From Malassezia furfur (lineage: Eukaryota), in assembly GCA_052055015.1 (NCBI GenBank), contig JBQJIT010000008.1: a stretch of 20,000 nucleotides of DNA; one strand, 5' to 3'. Under the pieces are notes generated by a model. It ran no database searches. It saw nothing but the letters and a program-made list of their open reading frames with translations, and had not been told where the DNA came from. Made by a program: the position numbers and the translations under genes. Numbering within the stretch: the first letter of the stretch is position 1; every line of letters begins with the position of its first letter. Of the stretch, positions 17,019 through 20,000 are shown one piece after another.

Positions 17019-18603
17019 TTACAGGTGGACCGCCGCAGCCCGTGTTCGGCTCGGCAGGAAGAGCGCCGTGCAGGCACATAGCGCAAACAGCACCACACTC
17101 GTCAGTACCGCAAGCTCCACGCGCACCTGGAGCAGTGCCCCGGCGAGCATCGGCGCCACGATCCCGGTGATGCGGCCGAGCGCGCTCGCCACGGCACACG
17201 CCGTGCCCCGGATCGATGTCGGGAAGACGTCCGGAGTGAAGCCGTACAGGATCGCATACGCCGTAGTGGCCGATAGCGACACCCCCATGCCGGCCACTAC
17301 CACGGCCGTCGCGCTCGTCGACGCAAGGAACACGAGCTGTGCAGCGCTCGTCACGAGCAGCGCGAGCGCCAAGGACTTTGCACGGCCGAGCTGCGACTCG
17401 ACGAGCGCCGTACCCAGCAGGCTGCCGGGCACACTGCTCACGGCGTACCACAGGTAGTCGTACAGCGCATGTACCTCGTTCACATCGTCTGCCTGCTGCC
17501 CGAGCTTGCGCTGCAAGAACAGAGGGTAAAAGGCGTTAAACATCGTGAACGCAAGCGACATAAGCGCCCACAGCGTCCAGGTCAGCAGCACCGGCCGCCG
17601 GTTCGGCGCCTCGAACAGCGGCTCGCTTCGCTCTGCCAGCTCCGTGACGCGCTCGGCCAGTGCACCGGGCAAGAAACTAAACGACGACGGCGATGGATCG
17701 AGTGAGTCGCCGCGCCTATCCGACGCACGGTCGTCGCCCAGCATTGCCGTACGCTCCGGGTCGTCGCTGCCGCGCGACGTGCTGGGTGCGGCGTCCATAT
17801 CGCGCACATCGTCCAAGTTGAGCGTGCTGTCCTCGCCGTTCGCTGTACTGATCTGCTCGAGCGTCGAGCGCGCATCGTCGAGCTGGTCGGTCGCGACGAG
17901 GAAGGTCGGACTTTCGTGGACGCTCCATGGGCACATGCGCGCAACCGCAAAGACGCCCGTCTGTGTGAGTGGTGCGCACGTACGAGAAGCGCAAGGATCC
18001 GGATCAGGTGCCGCCATCCCGTGTTGGTGTCGGCGTCGGTGCACGGCGCCGTGCGCGTACAGCTGTGCCCCGGCAAGACGACCAGGGCCACCGACGCACA
18101 GACCACCGAGCCCAGCGAGAAGAAGACCGACAGCGCTGTGAGCCAAAAATGCTTCGACTGCGGGATGGACTCGAGGAAGAGCGTGCCGTCGATCGGCATG
18201 CTGCCTCCCACGCCCGTGCCCACGCCAAAGCTCATCACACACACGAGGCCAAACGTCGGTGCGAAGCTCAGCGCGGCGCCCAGCACCGCGGTCACCACGA
18301 GCGTGCGCAGAAACACGTACAGCCGACCATACAAGTCTGCACACGAGCCCCACACGATGCTGCCCAGCGTCATGCCTGCAAACAGCGCCGACGTCGCGAG
18401 GCCGATGGTGCGATCGGCGATCGACCACTCGTACTGGATGCGCGGAAGCGCGATGGCGATCCCCTGGATCCACATCTGGGGTCAGGTCATGCACGTACGT
18501 TGTCTGCTGCCCATCCCATCCCACTGAGGACGAGCAGACGCCACTGGTACACGCCCATGCCTAGCCGCGCCAGGGTCGCCTGGAGCGAGCGCGGGGGGCG
18601 CAT
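17019..18603 (-). CDS. Major facilitator superfamily transporter, SV2/SVOP-like, 512 aa
   Basis: Exons 18603-18499, 18475-17984, 17960-17019 (two 23-nt introns). GMGVYQWRL..SGMGWAADN|MW, WGSCADLYGR (MFS motif A), GVGGSMPIDGTLFLE, ESP, and YGFTPDVFPTSIRGTA. Substrate unknown. Confidence 0.88.
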
Positions 18604-18657
18604 GGTGGGTGGTTGTGCACGTGACTTTTCCTGTCGCCTCGTTTGCTTCTTGCGAAG
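18604..18657. promoter_or_regulatory. 54-bp divergent MFS/eIF3h spacer with CACGTGAC element
   Basis: CACGTGAC at 18618-18625 followed by a pyrimidine-rich tract before the eIF3h ATG. Confidence 0.5.
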
Positions 18658-19833
18658 ATGAGCCGCATGGAAAGTCTGGCGGCCGTCGCGCGCCCGGAAG
18701 AGGTGGTGCATGAGCCGACTGAGGAGGAGCGCGCCGCTATGGACGAGCTGGATCGCGAGGCGATGCAGCTCGACTCGGAGGAGATCACAGAGGTGCATAT
18801 CGATGGCATGGTCCTGATGAAAATCATCAAGCACTGCAAGGACAACCACGCGAGCAACGGCGCGAACGCCTGGGGCGCGCTCCTGGGTGTCGACGTCGGC
18901 GGCACGCTCGAAGTGTCGAACGCCTTCGGCCTGCCGAATGTGCGTGAGCGCAGCGACGAGGAGGAGCGCGGCACCAAGGCCGCGATGCAGTACATGGGCG
19001 AGATGCTCCGCCTGCTCCGCCAGGTGAGCGCCGACCAGAACGCGGTCGGGCTGTACCAGGGGTGCTTCTTGGGCCCCTTTTTGAACTCGGCCGTGGTCGA
19101 CGGGCTGAACACGCTTTCGCTGCTCATGGAGCGCGAGGGCAACCAGGGCCGCGGAAAGGCGGTGCTGCTAGTGCACGACTTTGCGCAGCTCGCGCAGGGC
19201 AACACGGTGGTGCGTGCATTTAAGCTTTCGCCGTCGTTTGTGGACGCATACCGCAAGGGCAAGATGACGGTGCAGAGCCTGGTCGAGCACCACCTGACCT
19301 TTTCCAATATCCTTGTCGAGATTCCCGTGGAGCTGCACAACACCGCGCTGCTGAACGCCTTCCTGACGATGCTCACGACGGAGTCGCCGCAGCCGCAGCG
19401 CCTCGTGCCGGAGACGAGCATGGAGCGCCTGCATGCGCCGCCGAACGAGCCGGTGCCGCCGAGCTACCTCGACCTGAACCTCGCGCTCGAGCCCGTGCTG
19501 GTGTCGAGCGGCGAGACGACGCTTGATACGCTCGAGGCGTACGCGGCCGAGGCGGGCAACGTCGGCTACCAGGCGCGCCAGGTCGCGCGCGAAAAGGGCC
19601 GCGCCGAGGCCTACATTGCGCGCCGCAAGGCCGAAAACGCCTCGCGCGAGGCCGCGGGCCTGGCGCCGCTCCCGCTGGACGATGTGAGCAAGATGTTCAA
19701 GATCCCGGCCGAGCCCAACCGCCTCGAGAGCATGCTGCTGCTCAACCAGCTCAGCGCGGCCTCGGCTCGGCTCTCGGAGACCGCCGCGGTCGGTGCCGTG
19801 CAGCTCGACGCGGCGCGGACAAGCACGACATAG
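18658..19833 (+). CDS. EIF3H: Translation initiation factor eIF3 subunit h (MPN domain), about 391 aa
   Basis: VHIDGMVLMKIIKHC, GALLGVDVGGTLEVSNAF, VGLYQ, ILVEIPVELHN, RKAENASR and FKIPAEPNRLESMLL. Alternative start at 18667. Confidence 0.9.
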   Translation: MSRMESLAAVARPEEVVHEPTEEERAAMDELDREAMQLDSEEITEVHIDGMVLMKIIKHCKDNHASNGANAWGALLGVDVGGTLEVSNAFGLPNVRERSDEEERGTKAAMQYMGEMLRLLRQVSADQNAVGLYQGCFLGPFLNSAVVDGLNTLSLLMEREGNQGRGKAVLLVHDFAQLAQGNTVVRAFKLSPSFVDAYRKGKMTVQSLVEHHLTFSNILVEIPVELHNTALLNAFLTMLTTESPQPQRLVPETSMERLHAPPNEPVPPSYLDLNLALEPVLVSSGETTLDTLEAYAAEAGNVGYQARQVAREKGRAEAYIARRKAENASREAAGLAPLPLDDVSKMFKIPAEPNRLESMLLLNQLSAASARLSETAAVGAVQLDAARTSTT

Positions 19834-19858
19834 CGGTATAGACGTATGGCGTCACGGA

Positions 19859-20000
19859 CTACGACTTTTTGAGAGCCTGCATACGCGCCTCGGCCGCACG
19901 CGCGCGCTTCTCGCGCTCGATGCGCGCGCGCATCGCGTCCGACAGCGTCGCGTCCGGCGCGGCGCCCGCACCCCCGAGGCGCTGTGCGCCTGCCGGAGTG
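19859..20000 (-). CDS. VMS1: 3' end of a gene ending in a Cdc48/VCP-interacting motif, probably Vms1/ANKZF1
   Basis: Hand translation: ...TPAGAQRLGGAGAAPDATLSDAMRARIEREKRARAAEARMQALKKS* (stop 19859-19861). REKRARAAEAR fits the VIM consensus R-x5-AA-x2-R at the extreme C-terminus, as in fungal Vms1. Only 46 codons are visible. Confidence 0.55.
   Translation of the reverse strand, partial: TPAGAQRLGGAGAAPDATLSDAMRARIEREKRARAAEARMQALKKS

Noticed and set aside
5537..18603. Apparent frameshifts or pseudogenes in COQ11, PRP19, ARP9, MPDU1 and MFS
   Set aside because: Every break coincides with a GT...CTNAC...CAG micro-intron that restores frame and conserved residues.
1..20000. Prokaryotic defence system, CRISPR array, mobile element or secondary-metabolite cluster
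   Set aside because: All genes are eukaryotic housekeeping genes. I saw no repeat-spacer arrays, transposase, terminal repeats or backbone synthase.

Overview
Eukaryotic, GC-rich and extremely compact fungal chromosome segment. Gene content, gene density and tiny introns suggest a Malassezia-like basidiomycete yeast (inferred, not verified). It holds 14 housekeeping genes in near-alternating orientation: NDUFB10 3' end (+), prefoldin-2 (-), RPN2 (+), threonine aldolase (-), COQ11-like (+), SAC1 (+), PRP19 (+), trifunctional TRP1 (-), Arp9-like (+), phosphoacetylglucosamine mutase (-), MPDU1 (+), SV2-like MFS transporter (-), eIF3h (+) and a probable VMS1 3' end (-). I found no mobile element, CRISPR array or recognisable RNA gene. 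The most striking signal is miniaturised gene-expression grammar. I reconstructed by hand 20 GT-AG introns of only 22-37 nt (eight are 22-23 nt), mostly with a CTCAC branch motif butted against the 3' CAG. Divergent start codons lie as little as 44-54 bp apart, convergent stops as little as 8 bp apart, a (T)CACGTG(AC) element recurs in four promoters, and 11 of 14 stop codons are TAG with no TGA. TRP1 also appears to lack part of the first helix of its PRA-isomerase barrel.
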